Shown piece by piece: positions 46,984 to 56,736 of a stretch of 64,000 nucleotides of DNA. The stretch lies in contig JAFXNC010000004.1 in the NCBI GenBank assembly GCA_017529875.1, forward strand, positions 1-64,000. Direction: 5' to 3'. The stretch is from Ruminococcus sp. (GTDB taxonomy: Bacteria > Bacillota > Clostridia > Oscillospirales > Ruminococcaceae). Below the pieces are notes generated by a model. The model was not told where the DNA came from, searched no databases, and was given only the letters and a program-made list of their open reading frames with translations. Numbering within the stretch: the stretch's first letter is position 1; each line of letters opens with the position of its first letter. A program made the translations under genes and the position numbers.

Positions 46984-48672
46984 ATGTCCGATATGATAAA
47001 GAAGGCTCAGGATCAGGTAAGAGAGCTGATAATGAAAGCGCTGGGCGAGTGCGTGGCTCAGGGGATATTCCCCGCGGAGCCCATACCCGGCTTCAACGTT
47101 GAGATACCCGCCGACCCCAAGAACGGCGATATGTCCGCCAACACCGCCATGGTCTGCGCCAGGGCATTCAGACAGGCTCCCCGGAAGATCGGCGAGGCCA
47201 TAGTCGAGCACATCTATCTCGAGGGCTCCTACTATGAGAAGTGCGAGGTAGCGGGTGCTGGGTTCATCAACTTCTTCTTCTCCAAGGACTGGTTCTCCGA
47301 GGTAGTGGAGGACGTGCTCTCCGAGAAGGAGGACTACGGCAAGACCCACATGGGCACCGGCAAGAGCGTGCTGCTTGAATACGTTTCCGCCAACCCCACC
47401 GGCCCCATGCACATCGGCAACGCCAGAGGCGGCGCTATCGGCGACTGTCTGGCCTCCGTCATGGAGCACGCGGGCTATCACGTTGCAAGGGAGTTCTATG
47501 TCAACGACGCCGGCAATCAGATAGAGAAGTTCAAGACCTCCCTGGAGACCCGGTATCTCCAGCTCTACAAGGAGGGCATAGAGATGCCCGAGGACGCATA
47601 CCTGGGGGAGGACATCACCCAGCACGCAAAGAACTTCGCCGAGATAAACGGCGACAAGTACGTTGACGCCGACCCCACCGAGCGCCGTCAGGCTCTCTGC
47701 GACTATGCGCTGCCCCTGAACATCGAGGGGCTGGAGCGCGACCTGAAAAAGTACCGCATCGTATACGACAAGTGGTTCCGCGAGAGCGAGCTGCACAAAA
47801 ACGGCGCCGTAGCCGAGATAATCGAGATGCTCAAGGATAGCGGCTACACCTACGAGCAGGACGGCGCTCTGTGGTTCAAGTCCAGCGACTTAGGGGACGA
47901 GAAGGACAGGGTACTGGTGCGTGACAACGGCATACCCACCTACTTCGTTCCGGATATCGCCTACCACTACAACAAGCTCGTTACCCGCGGTTTTGACATC
48001 GCTATCGACATCCTCGGTGCAGACCACCACGGCTACATCCCCCGCATGAAGGCCGCCATGCAGGCTTTGGGCGTTGACCCCAAGAGGCTTGAAATGGTCA
48101 TCATGCAGATGGTGAACCTTGTGCGCGGCGGCGAGAAGTACAAGCTCTCCAAGCGCTCCGGCAAGGCTATCACCCTCTCCACTCTGCTGGACGAGATACC
48201 CATAGACGCGGCCAGGTTCTTCTTCAACCTGCGTGAGCCCAACTCCCAGTTCGACTTTGACTTAGAGCTGGCTATCTCCCAGACCTCGGACAACCCGGTG
48301 TACTACGTTCAGTACGCTCATGCCCGCATCTGCTCGGTACTGCGCAAGCTTGCCGAGGAGGGCGTGGAGCTTAAGCCCGCGGACAAGAATATCCTGGCAT
48401 CCCTGGGCGAGCCCGACGAGGCTGAGCTCATCAAGTACATCGCAACGCTGCCCAACGTGATAAACGAGAGTGCAAAGAACTTTGACCCTGCCCGCATCAC
48501 CCGCTATGTATGGGAGCTTGCCACCAAGTATCACCGCTTCTACACCAACTGCCGCATCATGACCGACGACGGGAACACCACTCAGGCGAGAGCGTCGCTG
48601 TGCCTTGCGGTAAAGCAGGTCATCGCCAACATACTGGGTATGCTCAAGATCGACTGCCCCGAGAAAATGTAA
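46984..48672 (+). CDS. argS: arginine--tRNA ligase
   Basis: HIGN(A) class-I motif (PTGPMHIGNARG), KMSKS-like region and DALR anticodon-binding domain. Confidence 0.95.
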   Translation: MSDMIKKAQDQVRELIMKALGECVAQGIFPAEPIPGFNVEIPADPKNGDMSANTAMVCARAFRQAPRKIGEAIVEHIYLEGSYYEKCEVAGAGFINFFFSKDWFSEVVEDVLSEKEDYGKTHMGTGKSVLLEYVSANPTGPMHIGNARGGAIGDCLASVMEHAGYHVAREFYVNDAGNQIEKFKTSLETRYLQLYKEGIEMPEDAYLGEDITQHAKNFAEINGDKYVDADPTERRQALCDYALPLNIEGLERDLKKYRIVYDKWFRESELHKNGAVAEIIEMLKDSGYTYEQDGALWFKSSDLGDEKDRVLVRDNGIPTYFVPDIAYHYNKLVTRGFDIAIDILGADHHGYIPRMKAAMQALGVDPKRLEMVIMQMVNLVRGGEKYKLSKRSGKAITLSTLLDEIPIDAARFFFNLREPNSQFDFDLELAISQTSDNPVYYVQYAHARICSVLRKLAEEGVELKPADKNILASLGEPDEAELIKYIATLPNVINESAKNFDPARITRYVWELATKYHRFYTNCRIMTDDGNTTQARASLCLAVKQVIANILGMLKIDCPEKM

Positions 48673-48681
48673 GGCGGCACC

Positions 48682-49239
48682 ATGGATAATACGATCAACA
48701 AAAAGCGCCTGCTGCTCATAGGGGGGCTGGTCAAGGGCTATCTGATGACCGAGCTGCTGGGTATATTCGTGTTCCTGTTCTTCTGGGCGGTATCGAAAGC
48801 CTTCGGGCTGGCGGGGAACATCCTCTTCGGCTTTGTGGGACTGGCGACGGTCTTCGCCGTAAACGCGGACTACGGCCTCAAACAGGGCGAGAAGTGCTAC
48901 AACAAGGTAAAGCTCCACGGTGAAAAGCCCTGCCGCAATTTCGGTGCGGCGATAGGGGCTGCGGCTGCTGCGCCCTGCTATCTGTCGCTGCTGCTGCTGG
49001 TGCTGTCCAAAGCGGGGATACTGTTCAACTTCCTGCCGGCCTACAAGATCATCAACGCATTCTTCTTCCCCGTTATCGACATTGTCTCCCACACGGCGGA
49101 CATAAACGAGATGAACCCGGCCTGCTTCATACTCTACGCGGTGCTGCCCCTGAGCTTTATCATAACTTCCTGGCTCAGCTTCCGCTGGGGCTACGATCAG
49201 GTGGACATCAAGGCCAAGCTGATGTACAAGAACAAGTGA
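48682..49239 (+). CDS. polytopic membrane protein of unknown function
   Basis: 185 aa with 4-5 TM helices. Confidence 0.45.
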   Translation: MDNTINKKRLLLIGGLVKGYLMTELLGIFVFLFFWAVSKAFGLAGNILFGFVGLATVFAVNADYGLKQGEKCYNKVKLHGEKPCRNFGAAIGAAAAAPCYLSLLLLVLSKAGILFNFLPAYKIINAFFFPVIDIVSHTADINEMNPACFILYAVLPLSFIITSWLSFRWGYDQVDIKAKLMYKNK

Positions 49240-49246
49240 AGCTATA

Positions 49247-49280
49247 ACAAAAGACCTGACTGCTTGTGCGAGTCAGGTCT
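49247..49280. terminator. bidirectional rho-independent terminator
   Basis: GACCTGACTgcttgtgcgAGTCAGGTC followed by TTTTTT. Confidence 0.8.
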
Positions 49281-49293
49281 TTTTTGCGTTATG

Positions 49294-49704
49294 TCAGCTG
49301 CCGGTCTTGAACCCCACCGTCTTCACCGCTGCCACGGGAGTTCCCAGGCTGTCGGTGACCTTTACGTTGTAGGTGCAGACCTTCCGGCCGTCTTTGATAA
49401 GCTCGGTCTCGGCGATGAGAGTGTCGCTCTTTGGCACGCCGATAAACGAGATATCGCTGGTCAGCGAGACCGTTCCCGGCTCGTCAACGTTGGTGGCTAC
49501 CGCAAAAGCGAAATCGGCAATGGTGAAATACACCCCGCCCATGACCCCGCCAACGGCGTTCTTGTGGCGGCTGCCTATTTTCAGGCTGATCTTCGCGTAG
49601 TGCTTGCCCACCGCCTCGATGACTGCGCCGTTCTCGGTGGCGAAGCGGTCGTTTTTGAAAAACTCTCTCGCCTTTTCAAGGCGCTCAGTGCTGTAAAGCT
49701 CCAT
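49294..49704 (-). CDS. PaaI-family hotdog-fold thioesterase
   Basis: 136 aa; 4HBT/PaaI hotdog motifs (GGVMGGVYFTIAD). Confidence 0.8.
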   Translation of the reverse strand: MELYSTERLEKAREFFKNDRFATENGAVIEAVGKHYAKISLKIGSRHKNAVGGVMGGVYFTIADFAFAVATNVDEPGTVSLTSDISFIGVPKSDTLIAETELIKDGRKVCTYNVKVTDSLGTPVAAVKTVGFKTGS

Positions 49705-52252
49705 TTTCTTTCCTCCGTTTGTTGAGTATATCCAGTATTATCAGCAGGATGAACAGCAGCGCTCCCGCCGCCGACATCAGCTTGCCCTCCTTGAGAAGGG
49801 GGGCTTTGTATTCCACCCGGATCTTATGCTCGCCGGCTTTGAGGGGCAGACCTATGAAGGCCTTGTCAACGCACTCATACAGGTATCCCCGCCCGTCCAC
49901 GGTGATGGTAAAGCCCTTGTCGTAGGGGACTGCCAGCTCGAAGTATGTATCTTCCTCGCAGTAGACAGTGCCCTCCATGACGTCACCCTTGGTGGCGGCC
50001 TTGTCGATGATGAGGGCGTCCCCGGTGTACTGCGGGGCGTCCACCAGCCAGGCTTTCAGCTCCGTCAGTGCGAAGTCTCCCGCCGTGAAGATGAATTCAA
50101 GGCTCTCGCAGGGGGTCAGCACATAGGTGAAAAGGGTGTTGTTGTTGTAGTACTTCCAGTCGGGGGCGGTGAGGGCGTTGCGTATGCCGTTGATAGTCAC
50201 CCGGGCGTCTATGCGCTCGCCCACGGTGTTGTCGCAGACCGTTTCCAGCACCAGCAGCTTGCCCTCCGGCACTTCAAAGGGCAGGGCAGCGCTTGCGGTG
50301 AACTTCTCGCCTGACGTGATGCGCCAGCCGGAGCCCTCGCGCCTGATGCGGCTGTCCTCCGGCAGATCTACTGTGCCCGCTTCGGTGACGGTGCCTTCAA
50401 AGCTGCCGCCTGTGCCGGTGACGATGTACTTTGTCAGCGCCTCCATTTTCTCGGCGGAGTTGAGGCTGTCGAAAACGTCCTCGCCGAGGGTCTCGCCGGT
50501 GCGGCCTATGGGGAAGGCCGAGGGGTTCTCATAGAGGAACAGATCCTCGCTCTGAGCCTCATGAACATAGCCGTAAGGCGCAGTCCCGGAGCGGGAGATC
50601 AGGTACCTCTCTCCCATGAAGGCCGTGAAAAACGGGTTCTGCGAGCGCGTGGTGAGGGCTGAGTTGCGATACTCGTTCTCGTTGTTCATGACTTTGAAGT
50701 AGAAGTCGTTGTAGCCCTTGTGGTGGAGGCTCGAATAAATGTATGAGCTGTAATAGGTCGTGTCGTAGACCATGTTCACCGTGTCGTCGCGGTTGTCTGC
50801 GGCAGCGCATCTCCACAGGCTGTCGGAGCGGGTGTATGCCTCACGGCTCAGAGCGGTGTAGGCCGGGGAGGTCCACTTGTCAAGGTTCTCCGCAGTGACC
50901 AGCGCATCCCGCTGGTTCACCGGGACCAGCAGTATCACCGGCAGCAGCAGCATGGAGAAGTAAAAGGGCACCCTGTACCCTTTGGCGTAGTGCAGTATCA
51001 GCACCACAGCCAGTATGCCCGCGTCTATGACGATGCCAAGCTTGGCTATGCGCTGATAGTCGGGGGTCATGTGCATCTGCGCAAAGGCCGTGCTCAGGCC
51101 GATGACTATTGCACACAGCCCCGCCGAGGGTATTGGCAGCCGCCGCTTGTCAAGGTCGTCAAACAGGTCTCCGCAGAGGATAAGGGCAAGGGGTATAAAG
51201 GGTATGAACACCTTAGCCTCCAAGTACATGGTGCCGTTGAGGGCGTACATGAACACCGGAAAGCAGCTTATCACCGCGAATACCCCGCCTAAGAAGCGCC
51301 GCGCCTTGTCGCCTTTGGCGGATACGGCGCAGATCACCGCCAGTACCGCGAATACTCCGAGACCCATAGAATAGGGGGAGTAGCCCATGACCTCGGTGCT
51401 GACCTGGGGTATCAGGTCGGTGAGGGTTATGCCGGAATTGCTCTTGTCCCGCCCGGACATAAGCACGTTCACCGTAGGCAGCAGCAGTACCCCGGAGAGC
51501 ATAACGGCGTTTATGATGCGCAGCGCGAAGCTGCCGGCGGCCTTGAAGAAGTCCCCGGCTCTGAACTGCCCGCACAGCGAGAGATAGCGGTAAATGCCGT
51601 AGACGGTTATCGCAGCGACCGCAGATACGGCAAAGAACCAGTTGCACATGATGACAAAAAACGTCCACAGCACCAGCTGCCATTTGCCCCTGCCCTCGAA
51701 GAATTTGTCCACAGCCTCGAAAGCCAGTATCACGAAGGGCATCATGCTCACGAACATGATATGCCGGTGAGCATGAAAGAATATGGGCGTGGCGGTCAGA
51801 TATGCCAATGCCAGCAGTGCCGAGCGCAGACGGCTGTGCCGCTTGCGCATGAACCGGTACAAAAGCGCCGTACTGAGCCAGCAGAGCACCGCGGAGCTTA
51901 CCTGTATATACACCGCCATGCTCACAAAGGGCATCAGGTAAGACAGCAGGATAACAGGGGAGCAGAGCCCGTAGTAGGACAGGTAGTAGATGTTCTCGCC
52001 GCCGCCCAGATTTGGGGCAAAGCTTGGGAACAGCTCCCCGGTCTCGTAGTAGAGCTTGCGGAAGTAGTCGGGTATGGCAAAGTGCTGGTCTGACCAGTCA
52101 AGGGTCGCCCCGAAAAGATATTTAAAGCGTGTCAGCAGCAGCACAAGCACTGCTGTCAAAGCGCCGAAGCCGAGCATTATCAGCCAGTCCCGGCGGTCAA
52201 GGCGTTTACTTCTTGTCTGCATAGTATTCATCGAAGGTCTGCCACATTTCAT
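49685..52252 (-). CDS. second YfhO family membrane protein (paralogue)
   Basis: 855 aa; same polytopic N-terminus plus large C-domain plan as the 21616-24483 gene; exact start uncertain among the first three ATG codons. Confidence 0.8.
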   Translation of the reverse strand: MKCGRPSMNTMQTRSKRLDRRDWLIMLGFGALTAVLVLLLTRFKYLFGATLDWSDQHFAIPDYFRKLYYETGELFPSFAPNLGGGENIYYLSYYGLCSPVILLSYLMPFVSMAVYIQVSSAVLCWLSTALLYRFMRKRHSRLRSALLALAYLTATPIFFHAHRHIMFVSMMPFVILAFEAVDKFFEGRGKWQLVLWTFFVIMCNWFFAVSAVAAITVYGIYRYLSLCGQFRAGDFFKAAGSFALRIINAVMLSGVLLLPTVNVLMSGRDKSNSGITLTDLIPQVSTEVMGYSPYSMGLGVFAVLAVICAVSAKGDKARRFLGGVFAVISCFPVFMYALNGTMYLEAKVFIPFIPLALILCGDLFDDLDKRRLPIPSAGLCAIVIGLSTAFAQMHMTPDYQRIAKLGIVIDAGILAVVLILHYAKGYRVPFYFSMLLLPVILLVPVNQRDALVTAENLDKWTSPAYTALSREAYTRSDSLWRCAAADNRDDTVNMVYDTTYYSSYIYSSLHHKGYNDFYFKVMNNENEYRNSALTTRSQNPFFTAFMGERYLISRSGTAPYGYVHEAQSEDLFLYENPSAFPIGRTGETLGEDVFDSLNSAEKMEALTKYIVTGTGGSFEGTVTEAGTVDLPEDSRIRREGSGWRITSGEKFTASAALPFEVPEGKLLVLETVCDNTVGERIDARVTINGIRNALTAPDWKYYNNNTLFTYVLTPCESLEFIFTAGDFALTELKAWLVDAPQYTGDALIIDKAATKGDVMEGTVYCEEDTYFELAVPYDKGFTITVDGRGYLYECVDKAFIGLPLKAGEHKIRVEYKAPLLKEGKLMSAAGALLFILLIILDILNKRRKENGALQH

Positions 52253-52982
52253 AGGGGTTCATGTGCCCCAGTTTTTCAATAGTGCTTTTCTGTGATTCGT
52301 AGAATTTCAGCAGGTACTCTTTGAACTGTAACTGCTCGTCGGAAATGGGGGTGAGGGTGTCCTGCACCTTGGCGAGCTTGGCCTTGCTGTAATATTTTCC
52401 CATGTAGCTGAGCCTGCCCGTGAGACCCAAAGTCTGACAGGCCTCCGTCACCAGCTGAGAGGTCATTTTGTGATGCTCGTGACCGTACTCGCCGTCGGGG
52501 TTGTGGGTGGCGATGGTGTCCCAGTTCTTGTAGCTCAGCAGCAGGTTCAGGTCTTTTTTCAGACCCTCCTTGACGGCGCTCCAGTCATCCCGGGAGCCGT
52601 TGACCTTGTCGGGGTATTCAAGTATCATATGGGCGCAGCCTGCGGCGTTCATGGCGCGGTTGAACTCGTTGCGGCGGGTGTCGTTGCGGCCGTTGGTGAT
52701 GCAGACCACCAGCCAGTTCCCCTCAGCAAGATGTCCCCCTGCCCACAGAGCGTCATCGTCCGGGTGGGCGAGGATCAGCAGCTTGTCGGCGTTGACGAAG
52801 TTTGCGTTTCTCACCTGCTCCACCGTGAGATTGTCCACAGTATGGGCTGCGGTGATGTTGTGCTCCCAGATGAACTTGAAGGTGCCGAATCCCGCTAAGA
52901 ATATCACCGCCGCCAGCAGTGAACCCAGCAGCTTCAGCTTGTCTTTCCGGCTCATCCGGAAGGTCTTTCTCTTTCGTGACAT
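52206..52982 (-). CDS. PIG-L/LmbE family N-acetylglucosaminyl deacetylase, membrane-anchored
   Basis: N-terminal TM; AHPDDD and HxxH zinc-binding motifs; overlaps the yfhO-2 start. Confidence 0.8.
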   Translation of the reverse strand: MSRKRKTFRMSRKDKLKLLGSLLAAVIFLAGFGTFKFIWEHNITAAHTVDNLTVEQVRNANFVNADKLLILAHPDDDALWAGGHLAEGNWLVVCITNGRNDTRRNEFNRAMNAAGCAHMILEYPDKVNGSRDDWSAVKEGLKKDLNLLLSYKNWDTIATHNPDGEYGHEHHKMTSQLVTEACQTLGLTGRLSYMGKYYSKAKLAKVQDTLTPISDEQLQFKEYLLKFYESQKSTIEKLGHMNPYEMWQTFDEYYADKK

Positions 52983-53019
52983 ATGTATGCCGTCTCCGTT
53001 CCTTTATGAGTATGAGATA

Positions 53020-54555
53020 TCAGAGGTTTGCGTTCACGTACTCCGCAAAGCGCATGAATCCGGCCTTTCCGGCCTCGTCGCGCTTGTATACGCCTGCGTG
53101 TTCAAGCACCTTTGCAAAGACCGTGCCTATCTCGTTGCGGATGATCTCATGGATGTTATCCGCGGTCACGGTATTGCGTGAGAGGAAGTCCTCAGCCCAG
53201 TCGGCGTGCTTGGCAAGGGTCTCGTCTGCGCGGAGGTCTTTGCCCGCAAGTATGGCCTCAGCCAGCTGTGACATCTCGCCTTTCAGCCTCGAAGGCAGCA
53301 CCGCAAGTCCCATTACCTCGATAAGGCCGATGTTCTCCTTCTTGATGTGATGCAGCTCGGCATGAGGGTGATACACTCCCAAAGGATGCTCGGGGGTGGT
53401 GATGTTGTTGCGCAGCACTAAGTCAAGCTCATACTCGCCGTCGCGCATACGGGCTATGGGGGTGACGGTGTTGTGGGGCTCGCCGTCGGTCTCGGCGAAG
53501 ATGAACAGGCTCTCGTCGGTGTAGCCTCTCCACTGCCGCTGTATCCTGTCGGCAAGCTCGGTGAGGGTGAACCTGTCTGCGCTGCGCAGTCTGATGACCG
53601 ACATAGGCCACTTGACGATGCCCGCCTTGACCTGCTCAAAGGCCGTGAACGTCAGCTCCTGCTCCACAGGGGCCTTAGCCATGGCAAATTCGTAATTGCC
53701 TCCCTGGAAGTGCTCGTGGGAGAGGATGGATCCGCCCACGATGGGCAGGTCGGCATTGGAGCCGATGGTGTAGTGAGGGAACCGGTCTATAAAGTCAAAG
53801 AGCTTTACAAACACCGATCTGTCTATCACCATGGGGGTATGCCTGCGGTTGAAGACGATGCAGTGCTCGTTGTAGTACACATAGGGGGAGTACTGGAAAC
53901 CCCATTCCTCGTTGTTTATGGACAGGGGGATGACCCTGTGGTTCTGCCTTGCAGGGGAGTCGGCTCTGCCGGCGTAGCCCACGTTCTCATAGCACAGCAG
54001 GCACTTGGGATAGCCCGACTGCACCGCTTTCCTGGCGGCGGCGATAGCTTTTGGATCTTTTTCCGGCTTGGAGAGGTTGATCGTAATGTCAATATCCCCG
54101 TACTCTGTGGGGGCCAGCCAGCGCATATCCTTCTTGATGCGGTAGCGCCGGATGTAATCCGAGTCCTGCGACCACTTGTAGAACATATCGGTAGCCATGC
54201 GGGGGGTGGTGTCCTCATAGATCCTGTAAAAGTCCCGGATCATTACCGAAGGCCGCGGCGTGAGCAGTCCCATGAGCTTAGTGTCGAAGAGATCGCGGCT
54301 GGTGACGTTGTCCTCGCAGAGCCCCTGAGCGCAGGCAAAGTCCAGCAGCTCCTTGAGCACCTGCTCCAGAAAGTCCCCCTGCTCCGCCTCGGACATGAGC
54401 TCCAGCTCCTGAGTAAAGCACTCCTCCGGCTCCTCATAGGCTGAGAGCCCAAGGGTCTCCAGGACGCGGTTAGTCGCCCAGACAATATCCTCCTCCCCGA
54501 TGAGCCCGGTAACGAAGGCATAGCTTACGAGTTTCTTGATGCTTGTGTTTATCAT
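53020..54555 (-). CDS. galT: UDP-glucose--hexose-1-phosphate uridylyltransferase (type 2, Firmicutes GalT)
   Basis: 511 aa; GalT type-2 family. Confidence 0.85.
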   Translation of the reverse strand: MINTSIKKLVSYAFVTGLIGEEDIVWATNRVLETLGLSAYEEPEECFTQELELMSEAEQGDFLEQVLKELLDFACAQGLCEDNVTSRDLFDTKLMGLLTPRPSVMIRDFYRIYEDTTPRMATDMFYKWSQDSDYIRRYRIKKDMRWLAPTEYGDIDITINLSKPEKDPKAIAAARKAVQSGYPKCLLCYENVGYAGRADSPARQNHRVIPLSINNEEWGFQYSPYVYYNEHCIVFNRRHTPMVIDRSVFVKLFDFIDRFPHYTIGSNADLPIVGGSILSHEHFQGGNYEFAMAKAPVEQELTFTAFEQVKAGIVKWPMSVIRLRSADRFTLTELADRIQRQWRGYTDESLFIFAETDGEPHNTVTPIARMRDGEYELDLVLRNNITTPEHPLGVYHPHAELHHIKKENIGLIEVMGLAVLPSRLKGEMSQLAEAILAGKDLRADETLAKHADWAEDFLSRNTVTADNIHEIIRNEIGTVFAKVLEHAGVYKRDEAGKAGFMRFAEYVNANL

Positions 54556-54827
54556 ACCTATTCTCCTTTCTTAATGGGGGGATACCCCCGGTTTGGGGCG
54601 GCGTTCACATGGCTGTGACATAATATATCATTCTAATTATAATACAAAAGCGGTGGAATGTCAAGGATCGGATAAGCGTAATTATTCTCCCTGCCGTCCG
54701 GAAAGCGTCGGATTTTTTCGGAAAAGATGCACATTTGCGTGCAACTTTTCGGATTTTTCCCGCTATAAGTGAAAGAGGTCGTGATGCTGTGAACAAAACA
54801 GGGTCGTACAAGCAGCCAATGCAGCAT

Positions 54828-54905
54828 TGTACATACGTACAAGGCAGGGTTGGCCGTACATACAAGGCAGGGTTGGTCATACGTACAAGGCAGGGTCGTA
54901 CAAAC
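54828..54905. repeat. tandem array 3: about 3.5 copies of a 22-23-bp unit (CGTACATACAAGGCAGGGTTGG), preceded by a block homologous to 34240-34370
   Basis: Units cattgtacatacgtacaaggcagggttgg, ccgtacatacaaggcagggttgg, tcatacgtacaaggcagggtcg and partial tacaaacatcc; upstream 'ccggaaaag...tgcac...gcgtgcaac' and 'gctgtgaacaaaacagggt' match locus 1. Confidence 0.85.
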
Positions 54906-55229
54906 ATCCATCTCCACATATTAATAAAAAGATAACAAAAAAGATAACAGAAAAGAAGACAGTAAGCGCTTTGCGCCGCACACATCCGAAGAAGTCAGGG
55001 CATATTGCAAAGAACGCAGCGGCAGGGTGTTTGGCTGTCCGGGCTGACAATGCTCATGCATTGACATTTGTAGAATACCCAAATAGAAACTTAGGCAATT
55101 AGCAGTATCAATCCGACAAGAAAATGCTACCAATATGAACATAGTCTCTTAACATAGGGCTATGTTCATTTCTTTTTCAGCTGATTGACTTTTCAATCCA
55201 CAGGTGAACTTGCAAACTTACAAAGTTAT

Positions 55230-55258
55230 TTGCATATATGATAAAGATGTGCTATAAT
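55230..55258 (+). promoter_or_regulatory. sigma-70 promoter TTGCAT-17-TATAAT for first sigma-fusion gene
   Basis: ttgcatatatgataaagatgtgctataat. Confidence 0.55.
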
Positions 55259-55343
55259 TTATTTTACACAGACTGAACCTTTTACCCAAATTCTCCGACT
55301 ATATAAATGAAAGCGCTTTCAATTACAAATCAGAGGTGAGGAT

Positions 55344-56600
55344 ATGAGCGAATTTGAAATGCTGGTTAGTGAACACCGTGGTGCGGTCGAGCGGTATGTG
55401 CGGTTCAATATTCCGACTAAGGCTGACAGCGATGACGTTTTGCAGGAGGTATGGCTGGCGGCATACAGACAGTTTGACAAACTGCTGAACAAAAGCAGCT
55501 TTAAGGCTTGGGTCATAGGGATAGCCCGTCACAAGGTCAAGGACTATTTCCGCAGCAGGCGTGATACGCTCGGCATTGATGAACTGCCCGAGAGCGAGCT
55601 TGTTCAAAGCCGTTACGGACTTGTGGAGTATTTGCCTGTTCACGAGACTATAGAGTGTCTGAACGAAAATGATAAGCAGATACTCAGGCTTTACTACTTT
55701 GAGAATATGCCGCAGAACGAGATAGCGGACAGGCTCGGCATACCGCTCGGAACGGTCAAAAGCCGCTTGAACACCGCAAGACGCAATTTCAAAAACGCAT
55801 ACCCATATCCGCCGAAAGGAGAAGATACTATGTTTAAGCTACCGAAAACTATGCCCGAATACAAGATCATTCCCAGCGACAAAGAGCCATTTGCGGTCAA
55901 GTGGGAGGAGCTTATGGGCTGGTTTATCGTCCCGAAGATAGGTGAAAAGCTGACTTGGGCTATCTACGACCAGCCGTCCCGCAAGGGTGATTATTTCTAC
56001 GAAATGGAGGTCATCGGCAAGGCAGAGATACACGGCGTAGAGGGCGTTGAAATAATCGCTAAAGAGGGCAATTTTGATAAGACACAGCCCTGCACCGAAC
56101 GCAGATTTGTGGCACAGCTTACCGATACACATTGCCGTTATCTTGCCGAAAGCCATGTTGTGAACGGCGTAAGGAAGCTGTACACCTTCCTTGACGGTGA
56201 CGCATTCCTGCCTAACTGGGGCTACGGCGAGGACAACTGCGGAAATGAAATAATTATTTCGCCAAAGGGGATAATCGTTAAAAAGGGCAACGAAATAACT
56301 GTAAATAGTGAGAAAGCTCCGCTTGACATAGTCGGCAGATACACAGTTGAGATAAATGGCAAGACCTATGATGCCGTTTGTGTTATTGATGTCGGGACAT
56401 ATAATGAAGGTGTCCTCAGCGAGCAGTTTCTTGACAAGAACGGCAGAACGATCTTATGGCGCAGGTTCAACCGCAACGATTGGGAGTTTGACCGCTACGG
56501 CAAGCTGTGGACAGAGGCTCTGCCCGACAATGAGAGACTTTCAGTCAACGGTGAGACGTATGTGCATTGGTATGATTGTGTGAGTGATTATATTTTTTAA
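55344..56600 (+). CDS. ECF-type sigma-70 family factor (regions 2 and 4) fused to an approximately 250-aa beta-rich C-terminal domain
   Basis: Sigma-70 r2 (VLQEVWLAAYRQFDK) and r4 (MPQNEIADRLGIPLGTVKSRL); no TM segment; no separate anti-sigma gene. Confidence 0.7.
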   Translation: MSEFEMLVSEHRGAVERYVRFNIPTKADSDDVLQEVWLAAYRQFDKLLNKSSFKAWVIGIARHKVKDYFRSRRDTLGIDELPESELVQSRYGLVEYLPVHETIECLNENDKQILRLYYFENMPQNEIADRLGIPLGTVKSRLNTARRNFKNAYPYPPKGEDTMFKLPKTMPEYKIIPSDKEPFAVKWEELMGWFIVPKIGEKLTWAIYDQPSRKGDYFYEMEVIGKAEIHGVEGVEIIAKEGNFDKTQPCTERRFVAQLTDTHCRYLAESHVVNGVRKLYTFLDGDAFLPNWGYGEDNCGNEIIISPKGIIVKKGNEITVNSEKAPLDIVGRYTVEINGKTYDAVCVIDVGTYNEGVLSEQFLDKNGRTILWRRFNRNDWEFDRYGKLWTEALPDNERLSVNGETYVHWYDCVSDYIF

Positions 56601-56606
56601 AAGTAA

Positions 56607-56645
56607 GCGGCATACCTGCCTTGTGCGGGTATGCCTTTTTCTTGC
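56607..56645 (+). terminator. rho-independent terminator after sigma-fusion 1
   Basis: GCGGCATACCtgccttgtgcGGGTATGCC + TTTTT; near-identical hairpin repeated at 58371-58405. Confidence 0.7.
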
Positions 56646-56670
56646 ATAAAAAAATAAATTATGGTATAAT
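56642..56670 (+). promoter_or_regulatory. sigma-70 promoter TTGCAT-17-TATAAT for second sigma-fusion gene
   Basis: ttgcataaaaaaataaattatggtataat. Confidence 0.55.
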
Positions 56671-56736
56671 AAAACCCACCAAACCTTCCGCTCATTTCTG
56701 CGACTAATAAGTGAAGCTTCAAAAAGAGGTGCGCCT

